Positions 23,815-35,901 of a stretch of DNA of 64,000 nt are shown in pieces; the stretch's first letter is position 1; every line of letters starts with the position of its first letter. The stretch is taken from assembly GCF_044704955.1 (NCBI RefSeq), contig NC_091986.1, positions 181,598,001 through 181,662,000 on the forward strand, read 5' to 3'. Below the pieces are notes generated by a model. The model was given only the letters and a program-made list of their open reading frames with translations, did not search any database and was not told where the DNA came from. Origin of the DNA: Pristiophorus japonicus (lineage: Eukaryota). The position numbers and the translations under genes are program-made.

Positions 23815-24243
23815 GTGGGGCTTGTGGGCTCAAGTTCCAGTCCAGGAATTTGAGCACACAAATCTAGGCTGAAACTCCAGTGCAGTGCTGAGGGAGTGCC
23901 GCACTGTCGGAGATGCCATCTTTTGCATAAGATGTTAAACCGAGGCCCCGTCTGCTCTCTCAGGTGGATGTAAAAGATCCCATGGCACTATTTTGAAGAA
24001 GAGCAGGGCAGTTATCTCAGGTGTCCTGGCCAATATTTTTCCCTCAATCAACATAACCAAAAAACAGATTATCTAATCATTATCACATTGCTGTTTGTGG
24101 GAGTTTGCTGTGAGCAAAATTGGCTGCAGCGTTTCCCACATTACAACAGTGACTACACTCCAGAAGTATTTAATTGGCTGTAAAGCACTTTGAGACGTCC
24201 AGTGGTCGTGAAAGGTGCCATATAAATACAAGTCTTTCTTTCT
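23815..24243 (+). mobile_element. Deu-domain SINE (SacSINE1/AmnSINE1-like)
   Basis: Deu core ctccagtgcagtgctgagggagtg...ttaaaccgaggccccgtctg and L2-like tail tataaatacaagtctttctt. Confidence 0.85.
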
Positions 24244-24761
24244 TAATAATTTAACATGTTAATTAAGATCTGCCCAGGAGACATCATGGCCGCCATCAAA
24301 GTGCAGTGTACAGAAAGTATGTTCAAGGGATGAGTAGGGGCATTCATTAACTAACATTGCATTTCTTGGGCATTATCTTAATGAAACTAAAATTGAAATA
24401 ATAGTAACTTTTGGATTATTTAAGGCACTATTGGAACCATAAAAATATACAGCACAGAAGGAGGCTATTTGGCCCATTGTATATAGGTCTGGTTTGAGGC
24501 CAATAGCTGCTTCGAGCAATGCAGGTTTGGACGACCCAGAGTGTATTGTTTGCTCTGAGTCCTGCACATATGAGCTTATACATATGCACAGAGCTCTATT
24601 CAACAATAGTCAAATACCGGTTAACCTTTTAATGTTAGTGAAAATCCACTGACAGGCAAATTCCCAGGCAGTCCATTTGTAAAACATGCTTGTGGTTACA
24701 TCGCAATCAGTACAATACCTAGGTAGTGCAAGACTATATCCTCAATATGGTCTCACACTAC

Positions 24762-25110
24762 GGGCAGATGTTCACCCCAGGCGCCAGCCAGCTCCCCAAT
24801 AATCCTGTTGGGAGGCCTGATCCGTTTTGAGGGCCGACCCTCATTAAAATTTCGCTGGCGGCTGCAGGCAGAAAATGTGCACCCCAGGCCTGCCCAATGC
24901 ATGCAAGCTGCCACAGTATTGGACAGCCTCGCCGGTCTCTAAGCCAGAAAAAGGTAGGCCCATGATGGGGCATGAGGGGGCCGGCGGCGGTGAGGGGATG
25001 GGGGGTTGGGGGGGTGCCTGGATCGCCACACCACAAAAATAATCACATACTTATCTGTTCCTCTTCAGCTGGCCTGCCAGCTATTACTGGGTGGGGCCCA
25101 GGTGCTGCTC
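24762..25110. mobile_element. truncated Harbinger-type TIR element
   Basis: Starts gggcagatgttc, GC-rich, no right TIR seen. Confidence 0.4.
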
Positions 25111-25112
25111 CA

Positions 25113-25843
25113 TGTTGGACTTAGAATGATGGACAGGGATTCTGGGAAGACAATGGCCAAGCAAAGGCAATTCATCGCAGGTGATGAGCAAATGGACTGT
25201 GTTTTGTTAAGCAATGTGAACTCGTCAAGTGAACTGATCGAGCCATTACCAGAGATACCAGAACAATAGAAAGCCATTAAGCCCAGACTGCTCGGAAGCG
25301 AAACCCATCACTGGAAAAACAGGCAACCTCGAAACAAAGGAAGAAACTTTATTAAGCTAAAAGCAGAAGACACACCTACAGGAAGCTCTCAAAACAAACT
25401 TTATTCAGCCTGAAAAGACAAACGAACTTGGGGTATAAAAGAAGGCCACGTGGACACAGCTCTCTCTCTTGCCTTGCTGCTTCGCCCCTACAAGAAGAAG
25501 AAACCAGAAGAGACACCTTTTCATCAGAAGAAGCAGCGAGTGAGCCAGTGAAATCGGTGAGCATTTCTGCACACACATCTTTTAAGATCACAGCCACAGT
25601 GTGAGGGGGTATCGTACGTTCTCCCAACCAAATTCTTAGAGGTTTACAGAGGAGGTGTTTTAGACGTGGGTACTTCGCGTTAGGGGCCTGTTTAGACAGG
25701 CCACACTGTGTATTGCATTTGTTTGTTTTATACACCAGGGTGTGCATGGTTTTACTGGGTGCAGATGTGTGTTTTAACTCTAATAAAGCATTGCCGGTTA
25801 AGTCCGAGGTATTTGTCCGTGACTCATTCATCTGTTCCATACA
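25113..25843 (+). mobile_element. candidate solo LTR (ERV/Gypsy-like)
   Basis: TGTTGGA...TTCCATACA ends, TATAAAA at about 25434, AATAAA at about 25782. No TSD found. Confidence 0.45.
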
Positions 25844-26004
25844 GTAATAATTCCCAGCGTTAGAACTAATGTAAAATGGGGGTGCTTCGAAAACACCTAA
25901 GAGAAATCACTTACACCATCTTAATTGATATATTGTGTCAGAATCTTTTCATACATTTTCTTTTCCGAAAACAAACATGACAAAGAAACAGATCACAAAT
26001 TGGA

Positions 26005-26195
26005 ATAGAAACAGAATAATCTGGAAACACCTCAGCTGAACATTGGGCATCTGTGAGGAGAAAAGTCAGGTTATTGATATTTAGGATTTGTACTTCCACC
26101 GAGGGTTCACCTGACATGTTAGAACTTGTCTTTTGTCTTTACAGATGCTGACTGACCTGGTTTGACTTTAGATTTCTAGCATTCGCAGTTTTTTC
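26005..26195. repeat. degraded Penelope-terminus-like palindromic repeat
   Basis: gcatctgt...acagatgc arms resemble 48965-49070. Confidence 0.45.
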
Positions 26196-26224
26196 CTTTT
26201 ATTTGTACCGATTACAAGTTGAAT

Positions 26225-26372
26225 TGATTGGCTATTCAGGGAATCAAGGGATATGGGGCTAGTGCAGGAAAGTGGAGTTGTGGTAGAAGGTCAGCCATGA
26301 TCTTATTGAATGGTGGAGCAGGCTCGAGGGGCCAAATGGCCTACTCCTGCTCCTATTTTTTATGTTCTTATG
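26225..26372 (+). mobile_element. CR1 3' tail
   Basis: ggaatcaagggatatgggg...ggcctactcctgctcctattttttatgttcttatg. Confidence 0.8.
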
Positions 26373-28224
26373 AAATGGAAAAACTGGCAAACATTTAACA
26401 GTTAACAGCCCAGGTGCAAACAATTTTTAAAAAGAACATTTTCAACCAAAAAATTTCCACAAAAGAGAAAAATTGTGGAATATTCTCAACGAGCCATTTA
26501 GCAGAGAGTACATTGATCTTACTGTGTTTTTTTTAAGCTTTTGGACCAAAGGACAATTTGATATTATTACATAAGTGCGTAGATTTTCCTGGCTCATCAT
26601 GCAAGTGCATTGGAAGAGGAAAAGTCAGACATGTGCCCCATTTTCCAACATTCGCTGTGCTCGGATCCAATGCTCTGGGCGTAGACCTAGAAAAATTTCA
26701 GCCGATAGCCATCTATGCCTTGAGATTCCTGGAACTTGAGAAGGCAGAAAACAAGATTTCCACTTGGAGGAGGCGCTATTTGGAGTGGAGTCCGTCGTAT
26801 GCTCCAGAGATCCCATCCCAAATCCTGAGAATGGGCATCAAGCCTGCAAGAATACTTCAGTGTCCACACTGTTATGTCTGCCAAGATGAAATGCTAGTCC
26901 AGAAAAGGCATGGGCCTTTTCTGAAGGCCTCAATGCAACTCATGCCAGCTCTCACCTGGCTGGGGTCCCAATGAGGCCTAGGGAGCGTGTAATGGACAAG
27001 AAACCTAAGAAATTCCCCAGATACACCCTCTTGACATGAGGGGGCAAACAAAAGGTCCACCCATGGCAACACCGCCCGCCCCCACCACCACCACCACCAC
27101 CATCACCACCAAGATTTAAAGGGGTACAAGCTCAGCATAATCTGGTTCCAACCCAAATACTTACAGCCCCTTGGCAGAAATCTTGCTTTTCACCCTCACT
27201 GGCCCCAGGGCACCTAGTATTTGAAGTTACCATGTGTCCGCTTTCTTAATTGGCAGACCAGAAATTTCCCATGACACAATAGGGATGATTTCTTAAAAAA
27301 AAAAACATTTTACATTAAAAACAGAGTTAAAAAAGTCAATGGAACAATAGGGTCATCAAAAGAAAAATCTGCCACAGCTTTACAATTTGTTTGTAGTATT
27401 TTAGCATTTTGCATTAGTTCATTCACGTTTGACTGTAAGACTCCTCCGTGGTTCTTCATTACTTTCAGTGCCCTGCTAGAAAAGCAAAAGTTTGCAATGT
27501 ACTCGGATTACAGAGGATTAAATGCAGCATCTCGAGAATACAAATGTCCAAGTCCATTCACATGTAACACCTGCACACACTCATCCACCACTTAGAAACT
27601 GCCACTAGTATAAACCAGCTGGAATTAGAGGAGCAACACTAGTAGAGTGATGACAAAGACAATCTGTATGAAAAATGCACTGTATGACAGTTATAGAGCA
27701 AGAGGAAAATCATCCCCTTTGACAAACACTAAATGATATCGGATACCATCAAGAATGTTGACAGAGAAAAATTGAAAACATATAATCACAGCTGTACAGA
27801 CTAAAAATTGAAACATTGGACAAGTCGAGAAATAGATATTAATTGTATAAAGAGCTAAACTACAGGTTTCTTCAGATCAATTCTCTTGCGATTAAATCCT
27901 ACTTTCTTGGCAAATAACTGATGATTACAACAAGGCTCCACTATACTTCTTAAAAAAATTGAATAGAAGTTTAAGTCTATCATCGCAATCTGCTTCAGAG
28001 CAGGTATAAGATGCCCATAGTTAATTTCAAAAAATGCGTGTAACATAATATTTTGACTGCTCTACTGGACCGTCTTGAGATAATTGATTAAATCCACGCT
28101 TAGCCTAACTGCTGCTAAAGTCCTGTGCCACATACAAGTCTGGACTAGACATCTTCACACTACTCAAGAAGTCGATCTAGGTTTAATTTATATGAATTGA
28201 TTTTTATTAACAGGATTGAAATAA

Positions 28225-28570
28225 ACATAGAATCATACAGTGCTGAAGGAGGCCATTCAGCCCATCGTGCCTGCACCGGCTCTTTGAAAGAGCTGTCCAA
28301 TTAGCCCCACTCTCCTGCTCTTTTCCCATAGCCCTTTAAATTGTTCCCCTTCACGTACTTATCCAATTTCCTTTTGAAAATTACGATAGAATCTGCTTCC
28401 ACCGCCCTTTCTAACAGTACAATCCAGATCATAAAAACTCGCTGCGTAAAAGAATTTCTCCTTATCTCCCCTCTGGCTCTTTTGTCAATTACTTTAAATC
28501 TGTGTCCTCTGATGACAGTTTCTCCCTATTTACTCTAACAGAACCCCTTAAAATTTTGAACACCTCTAAA
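28225..28570 (-). mobile_element. CR1 3' fragment
   Basis: acatagaatcatacag tail and WNSL-like region on the minus strand. Confidence 0.75.
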
Positions 28571-29027
28571 TTACTCTATAGGAAAAAGAAATGGAGAGGC
28601 AGCTACATCACTGTGCTGGGATGCACAACTGCAATGGTAAATTGGTCATTACTCCTTTACAGATTAACAAGTTTGCTTTTCTTTGCACATTATGATGGGT
28701 TATCTCTACCTTTCTTGCTCTCACCTCTGAGTACTCGAGTTTGCTGCTATGCACTGCCGATAGCCATCTTGTACATCAATTGCTTCCTTTCAGCCCACAG
28801 CCAGCAGGCAAAAGCATGAACACAATAAGAAAGCTGACGCCAAGGTGTTCAAACCTGGAATTGACATGGAATGGCAGTCTGAATATACCCAGATGAGGTT
28901 GAACTGAGATGGGACTGATTGTGTGCCTGACATACCTATGGCAAGTTCAACTTCTATACACGCAACTTAGAGATCTTCTTGCTTCATACTATAATCTATT
29001 TATTATCACCGACTGCCAAAACACTAA

Positions 29028-29598
29028 GGGCTGGAAATTCACCAATCTTGCACCCGTTCTTTCAGCGGTATTTCGCAGTTTCGGCGAAGTTTTGCGCCGA
29101 CGGTTTTGAAATACCACTGAAAAGCAGACCGATGGTGTGCAAAATACCACTATCGCCATAGTTTGGACATTTGGCGCACCCGTATTCTGGGCGAAAAAAA
29201 ACACCCAAGAGAAACCTGCGTTACAGCCCCAAAAACAGCATTATGTATGAAAACCTGCAAAAAAGGTAAGTTAAAGTTTTAATTTTTTTAATTTTTTGCA
29301 GCGATACTTAGTTAAGGGACTTGTAAATGTTCTGTGATTTTTTTATTTTTTGCTTTTTGCTATTTTTCTGCGTGTTTTCCGACCTCCCAGGGCCTGTCTT
29401 TTAGCGGTAATCGACCTCGGACTAAAGTTGGCGAGAACTGTGGTTTCCGCCGTGAATCCTCGTTCACGCCGATTTTAACCACTGGGCGCATTTTTTCACG
29501 AAACTTAGTCCTTTAAAAAATGGTGGTGTGATTAGCGGTATTTTCGTTAATAAATGTCGAAAAAATACTGCTGTGGCCAAAAATTTAATTTCTGGCCC
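29028..29598 (+). mobile_element. Harbinger-type TIR element, family A
   Basis: TIRs gggctggaaatt ... aatttctggccc, flanks taa/tta (TWA-type target). Confidence 0.8.
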
Positions 29599-30174
29599 TT
29601 AGTCACTTTCTATTCATTTTTAAGCAGCAACCCCTACATAACAAGCTTCAATGTTTCAAGTTGTAGATGTCCCCTATGAGAAGAATGTGTTTTGTGGCAA
29701 TGCAAGTTTAAGAGAAAGGAGTGTTTTAAACCTATTCACGTACACTAAAACATAAAAGTGGAACCGGCTTATGTTTCCTTTTTAGTTCAGTCAAAACAAG
29801 CACGCAGCAATTGCTTACTCTGTGACATATTCACTGAAGTTCCAGGGATATATAGCCCTGAAATTGCAAGGAGCTGCTGGTCCTTGGAATGGGCGGGCAC
29901 AAGTCAGGAATTCAGGAGTGCTTTTGAGTCACTGTCAGCACCAGGAAAAAATCTGGCAAAGGGAAGCTTCACTGTTGACTGGGGTGAACACTGTATCCAT
30001 ATATAGATGGATGAACTGGTAAATCAGTAACCTGGCCTAGCCAGGATTCCTAAAACGACCTCTTTAGTCTCCTTTTGAAACACATCTCTGTACTTGACTA
30101 TAGCTTGCTGATAGCTGCTATTGCAATTGTGTTTGTTTTGGTGGACGTATAAGATATCTATTTACAGGTGGAAG

Positions 30175-30625
30175 GAAGAAAGAAAGATTCGCATTTATAT
30201 AGCACCTTTCACGACCTCAGGACATCCCAAAGCGCTTTACAGCCAATTAAGTACTTTTTGAAGTGTAGTCACTGTTGTAATGTAGGAAACTTGGCAGTCA
30301 ATATGCACACAGCAAGCTTCCACAAACAGCAATGTGATAATGACCAGATAATCTCTTTTATGTTGGTTGAGGGATAACTATTGGTCAGGAGAGTGGAGAG
30401 TACTCCCCTACTCTTCTTTGCAATGGGATCTTGTTTGGTCACCTGAGAGAGCAAACCGAGCCTCGGTTTAATGTCTTACCCAAAAGACAGCACTTCCGAC
30501 AGCGCAGCACTCCCTCCGTACTGCATTGGAGTGTCAGCCTAGATTTTGTGCTCAAGTCCCTGGAGTTGGGACTGTGAACCACAATCTTCACAGAGGCAAA
30601 GGTGCTACAACTGAACTATAGTTAA
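30175..30625 (-). mobile_element. Deu-domain SINE
   Basis: Reverse-complement homologue of 23815-24243. Confidence 0.8.
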
Positions 30626-31264
30626 CATCCAGATAATGCCCTCCCTGCTTATTATGATGTGGAGGCTGCCATTTTTGCATGGCTCATAAAGCCTTGTTTA
30701 TATAAATACAAATTGTGCTGTTCTGTTTCTTAAGTGACAGCACTTCAACTGACAAGGAACTCAAATTTCACACTATTTGCACCTAAATATGAGTACTCCA
30801 GTATTTGAGGTTCAATTTTAATTCTTCTCTGTGGCACACACACCCAAATTCTATCAACACTTCCTGACCATAATTTTCTTGTGCAGCACAAAGCAGCTTT
30901 ACAATCATGTTGCTAATAAATGTTTCCACAATCATTCTTAAGCTTGTTATTTGTGCATTCATTCCATATATTTCCTTTTTTCCTGAATGTACTCGTTAAA
31001 TTGCAAGATAAACAATGGAAGGAAATGTAATTTTGTTTCACCTGCCGCTCAGTGAGCATCAAAGGCTCAAAGGCAGAGAATACCAAGGGTTTGATGTAAC
31101 AGTGCAGCAAACTAAAACTTAACTGCTGCAGAAATATAACTTGTTCAACTTATTATACATTCCGTCCTATGGCTTTAGAAGTGAGAGTGGCAAACTACCA
31201 GTTCCAGCTCAGGGAAAATTTGTTCTGAGGAACAGGAAGAAACTGGTACCGCAGGGAGGCGGGT

Positions 31265-31540
31265 GGCTCGGTAACCAGTGGACACAAATTTAAGATAATT
31301 GGCAAAAGATCCAAAGGGGAGATTAGGAGAATTTTTTTTCACGCAGCGATTTGTTATGATCTGGAATGCACTGTTTGAAAGGGCGGTGGAAGCAGATTCA
31401 ATAGTAATCTTCAAAAGGAAATTGGGTAAATATTTGAAAAAGTAAAATTTACAGGGCTACAGGGAAAGTGCAGACGAATGGAACTAATTGGATAGCTCTT
31501 TCAAAGAGACATGATAGGTCGACTGGCCTCCTTCTATGAC
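31265..31540 (+). mobile_element. CR1 3' fragment
   Basis: cacaaatttaagataattgg...ttttttcacgcagcg...tctggaatgcactg. Confidence 0.75.
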
Positions 31541-31694
31541 TCTTTGGCTGGAAAGGAGGAAGATGAGGAGGAAGGAGAAATGGCTGAGGTTGATACAAGG
31601 CCAGTTAAGTGGATGCAGAATGCTGGAAAGGTGCTCATGTAATGTAATTGCTCTTGCAGCATTTTTATCTTGGGGGATCTTGACACAAAGATAC

Positions 31695-34600
31695 AAACAT
31701 AGAAACATAGAGACTTACAGCGTAGAAGGAGGCCATTTCGGCCCATTGTGTCCGCGCTGGCCGACAAAGAGCCGCACGGCCCTTGGTCAACAGCCCTATA
31801 GGTTACATATAAACCTATGATCAATGGCGGAAAAGCAAAGAGCACCCAGCCCAACTAGTCCACCTCACACAACTGCGACACCCCTGACACTGAAACATTC
31901 TACACTCCACCCTAACCAGAGCCATGTGATTTCCGGGGAGAGGCAAAAACCAGATACAAACCCAGACCAATTTAGGGAGAAAAAATCTGGGAAAATTCCT
32001 CTCTGACCCATCCAGACGATCAAAACTAGTCCAGGAGATCACCCTGGCCGTATTCTATTCCCTGCAGTACTTACCATTATATCCAACAAAAGGTCATCCA
32101 GTCTAATCCCAATTACCAGCTCTAGGTCTGTAACCCTGCAGGTAACTGCATTTTAAGTGCCCATCCAACCATCTCTTAAAAGTGGTGAGGGTTTCTGCAT
32201 CCACCACTCTTCCAGGCAGCGAGTTCCAGATCCCCACAACCCTCTGCATAGAGAAACTTCCCCTCAAATCCCCTCTAAACCTTAAAACTATGTCCCCTCA
32301 TAATAGACCCCTCCACCAATGGATATAGACCCTTACTATCCACTATGTCCAGGCCCCTCAATATTTTGTACACCTCAATGAGGTCTCCTCTCAACCTCCT
32401 CTGTTCCAATGAGAACAAACCCAGCCTATCTAATCTGTCCTCATAACTAAGATTCTCCATTCCAGGCAGCATCCTAGTAAATCTCCTCTGCACCCTCTCT
32501 AGTGCAATCACGTCCTTCCTATAAATATAGTGACCAGAACTGCACTCCAGCTATGGCCTAACCAAAGTATTATACAATTTAAGCATAACCTCCCTGCTCT
32601 TATATTCTATGCCTCGGCCAATAAAGGCAAGCATTCCGTATGCCTTCTTAGCCACCTTATCCACCTGGCTTGCTACTTTCAGGAATCTGTGGACAAGCAC
32701 TCCAAGGTCCCTTTGTTCATCTACACTATTAAGTGGCCTACCACTTAATATGTATACCCTTTCCTTATTAGCCCTCCCAAAGTGCATCACCTCACACTTC
32801 TCTGAATTAAATTCCATTTGCCACTGCTCTGCCCACCTGACCAGTAGATTGATATCCTCCAGCAGCCCAAGACTTTCCTCTTCATTATCAACCACACAGC
32901 CAATTTTATTGTTGTCTGCAAACTTCTTAATCATACTCCCTATATTCAAATCTAAATCGTTGATATATCATTAACGAGGCTGACTTGCTTCTATGCCAAA
33001 AAAGGATAAGTTAACAGGTGTTCCAATGAAGGACCTAAAATTCGAGATCCTGACCTACATCCTGAAGGGTGGAAGATGCCTGTGCGTGGATTTTTTTAAC
33101 GTGTGGTGGCCGTTGCACACCAGCCACCACACAGGCTTGACAGAGCTAGGTCTTGGTCCAGTGGCAAGGATTAGCCAAGACCACTGGAGGCCTGCTCTGC
33201 CGCAGGGATCTAGTGCACACACATATCGCAGTGTAGGCTGGTCCGTGCTGCCCCTGGGCCCCTGGCCCCGAAGTCATGCCTCTCCTGGGCCCCGATCATG
33301 TCCCTCTATAATCTCTCACTGCTTCTTTGCCCCGATCTCGCCGTTTCTGCTGTACCTGCCCACGCTCCAATCACCAACCAGGACCTTGATGACGTCACTC
33401 TTCGCTTCCGTCGCAGCTCGCGCTGCTCCCTGGAGTAGTATGCCTCCGCACTGCTTCCAAGGCCTCCGCGCGCCACTCCTGCCGCTGGTGTTCTCCCGTT
33501 GATATATACCACAAAAAGCAAGGGACCCAGTACTGAGCCCTGCAGAGCCCCACTAGAAACATCCTTCCAGTCACAAAAACATCCATCAATCATTACCCTT
33601 TGCTTCCGACCTCCAAGCTAATTTTGGATCCAACTTGCCACTTTGCCACGTATCCCATGGGCTTTAACCTTCATGACCAGTCTACCATGTGGGACCTTAT
33701 CAAAAGCCTTGCTAAAGTCCATATATACTACATCGTACGCACTACCCTCATCGACCCTCTTGGTTACCTCCTCAAAAAATTCAACCCGATTAGTCAAACA
33801 TGATCTTACCTTAACAAATCCGTGCTGACTGTCCCTAATTAATCCTTCCCTTTCCAAATGCAGATTTATCCTGTCTTTCAGGATTTTTTCCAATAATTTT
33901 GGCACCACTAAGGTTAGGCTGACAGGCCTGTAATTACTCAAACTATCCCTTTCTCCCTTCTTAAACAAGGGTGCTACATTAGCAGTCCTCCAATCCTCCG
34001 GCACCATGCCCAGATCCAAAGAGGACTGGAAAATGATGGTCAAGGCCTCTGCTATTTCCTCTTTTACTTCGTTCAACAGCCTGGGATGCATTTCATCTGG
34101 GCCTGAGGACTTATCTACTTTCAAAGCTGCTAAACCCCTCAATACTTCCTCTCTCACTATATTTATTTCATCCAGAATATCACATTCCTCCTCGATAGCA
34201 GTATCTGCATTACCCCTTTCCTTCGTGAAAACAGATGCAAAGTATTCGTTAAGAACCCTACCAACATCTTCCGCCTCCACACAAAGATTACCCTCATGGT
34301 CTCTAATAGGCCCTATCTTTTCTTTAGTTACCCGCTTACTCTTAAAATATTTATAGAACATCTTGAGGTTTTCCTTAATTTTACTGGCCAAGAATTTCTC
34401 GTGCTCTCTCTTAGCATTCCTAATAGCCTTTTTAATTTTGCCTCTTAACTTTCTATATTCCTCTAAAGATTCTAAAGTATTTAGCCGTTGGTATATGACT
34501 TAAGCTTCCCTTTTTTCTTTAATCCTCCCCTGTAAGTCCCGAGACATCCAGGGGGCTCTAGAATTATTTTTTCCGGCCTTTTTCTTTAAGGACACATGTT

Positions 34601-34945
34601 TGGCCTGAGCCTTCCTGATCTCCTCCTTGAATGCCTCCCACTGTTCCGACACTGATTTACCCACAAGTAGCTGTTTACAGTCCACTATGGCTAAATCATT
34701 CCTTAACTTAGCAAAATTAGCTTTTCCCCAATTCGGAACTTTCATTCCTGGCCTATTCTTGTCCTTATCCATAACCAACTTGAATCTGACTTAATTATGG
34801 TCACTGGCACCCAAGTGCTCTCCCACTGATACCCCCTCAACCTGCCCAGCTTCATATCCCAAAACTAAATCCAAGACTGCCCCCTCTCATGTTGGGCTTG
34901 CTAAATACTGACTAAAAAAGTTCTCTTGAATGCAATTCAAGATGT
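31695..34945 (-). mobile_element. CR1 LINE (long-3'UTR subfamily), about 2.7 kb of ORF2 plus 3'UTR
   Basis: ORFs 33618..34391, 32551..32949 and 32275..32511 carry RT motifs; acatagaaacatag tail. Interrupted at 32969-33496. Confidence 0.95.
32969..33496 (-). mobile_element. non-autonomous RTE-tailed retroposon
   Basis: 11-bp TSD cgttgatatat (32958-32968 and 33497-33507). Homologous to 50221-50465, whose tail matches the RTE LINE tail at 42240-42275. Confidence 0.8.
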
Positions 34946-35901
34946 TGGAACATGTTAGCATATGGTAGCTGACCAATGGCTGTGAACATTGAAGCAAGGC
35001 TTAACTGCTCCCTTACAGCAGAGGGCCAGATGTGGCAACCTTCTGGTTTGTACATGTGTAAAATACTAGCAAGAAGGGGATGCTAAAATGATGCTTTACC
35101 TTGTTAGGCTGCATGAAGCCATCAAGTTGTCCCTCCCCCATTCCCTCAATGCTCTCCATGGCAATTTTTTGGAAGGCCTATTTCCAACATTGGTTAAGGC
35201 AACGTTGGTTAGGTGGATCATCCCCAGTGCATGTCCTTTCTCAAAGGTATCATGTCGTCTTATCCTGCAAAAATAGAGCAAACTGAGATATCTGCACAGC
35301 TGGATCTGCACCACTTTTGCACAGCACTTGTAGGTCAGCCTGAAATGCTCTTGCCCAAAATGAAAGTTTCATTTAGTATTATTACTCATAATGATACAAA
35401 ATAAAAGATGTTGCGGCAGGAAGATTCACAGGTCCAGCATGCCTTCATAACAGAGGGAAACTAGCTCTTGAGAGTTTAGCTTAGCAGAGAAGCAGTTGCA
35501 GGACTGTGTCATCTGCCATAAGGAGACCTGCAGTTTACCTGCAGCCAAATGGATAAACACTGCCAGTGGTACTTCCTCCCTTAATGTTTCTGTCTCTGCT
35601 AATGCCTCCTCCAAAGCTAGCATAGGGATCAACTGCAGTATTAGGCAGTGTTGACTATAAGTATCAAATAGGGCAGTATGTCCAGCACCTTATTTAGAAT
35701 AGCAATTAAACCATAACACAGATGCCCAATTTCACCCAGCTGCTACTTTACTCAATGTACATGGGGTAATTTATGGCAACCATGTTACCTTTACGTGGTT
35801 GCATTCATTTGAATGCAGGCTACAGCATTCTAAAGGTTGACAATATGCGCAATTTCCCTCCATTTGTTATGTTCCCAGTGACAGGCCCAATATTGTTGAT
35901 T

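Noticed and set aside
27427-27475. Possible 49-nt minus-strand exon (ttttctag|...|gtgaat)
   Set aside because: Too short, with an unrecognised peptide; splice-like signals arise by chance at this scale.
35539-35632. Possible minus-strand exon (ctgcag|...|gtaaac)
   Set aside because: Weak pyrimidine tract and no recognisable protein in either open frame.
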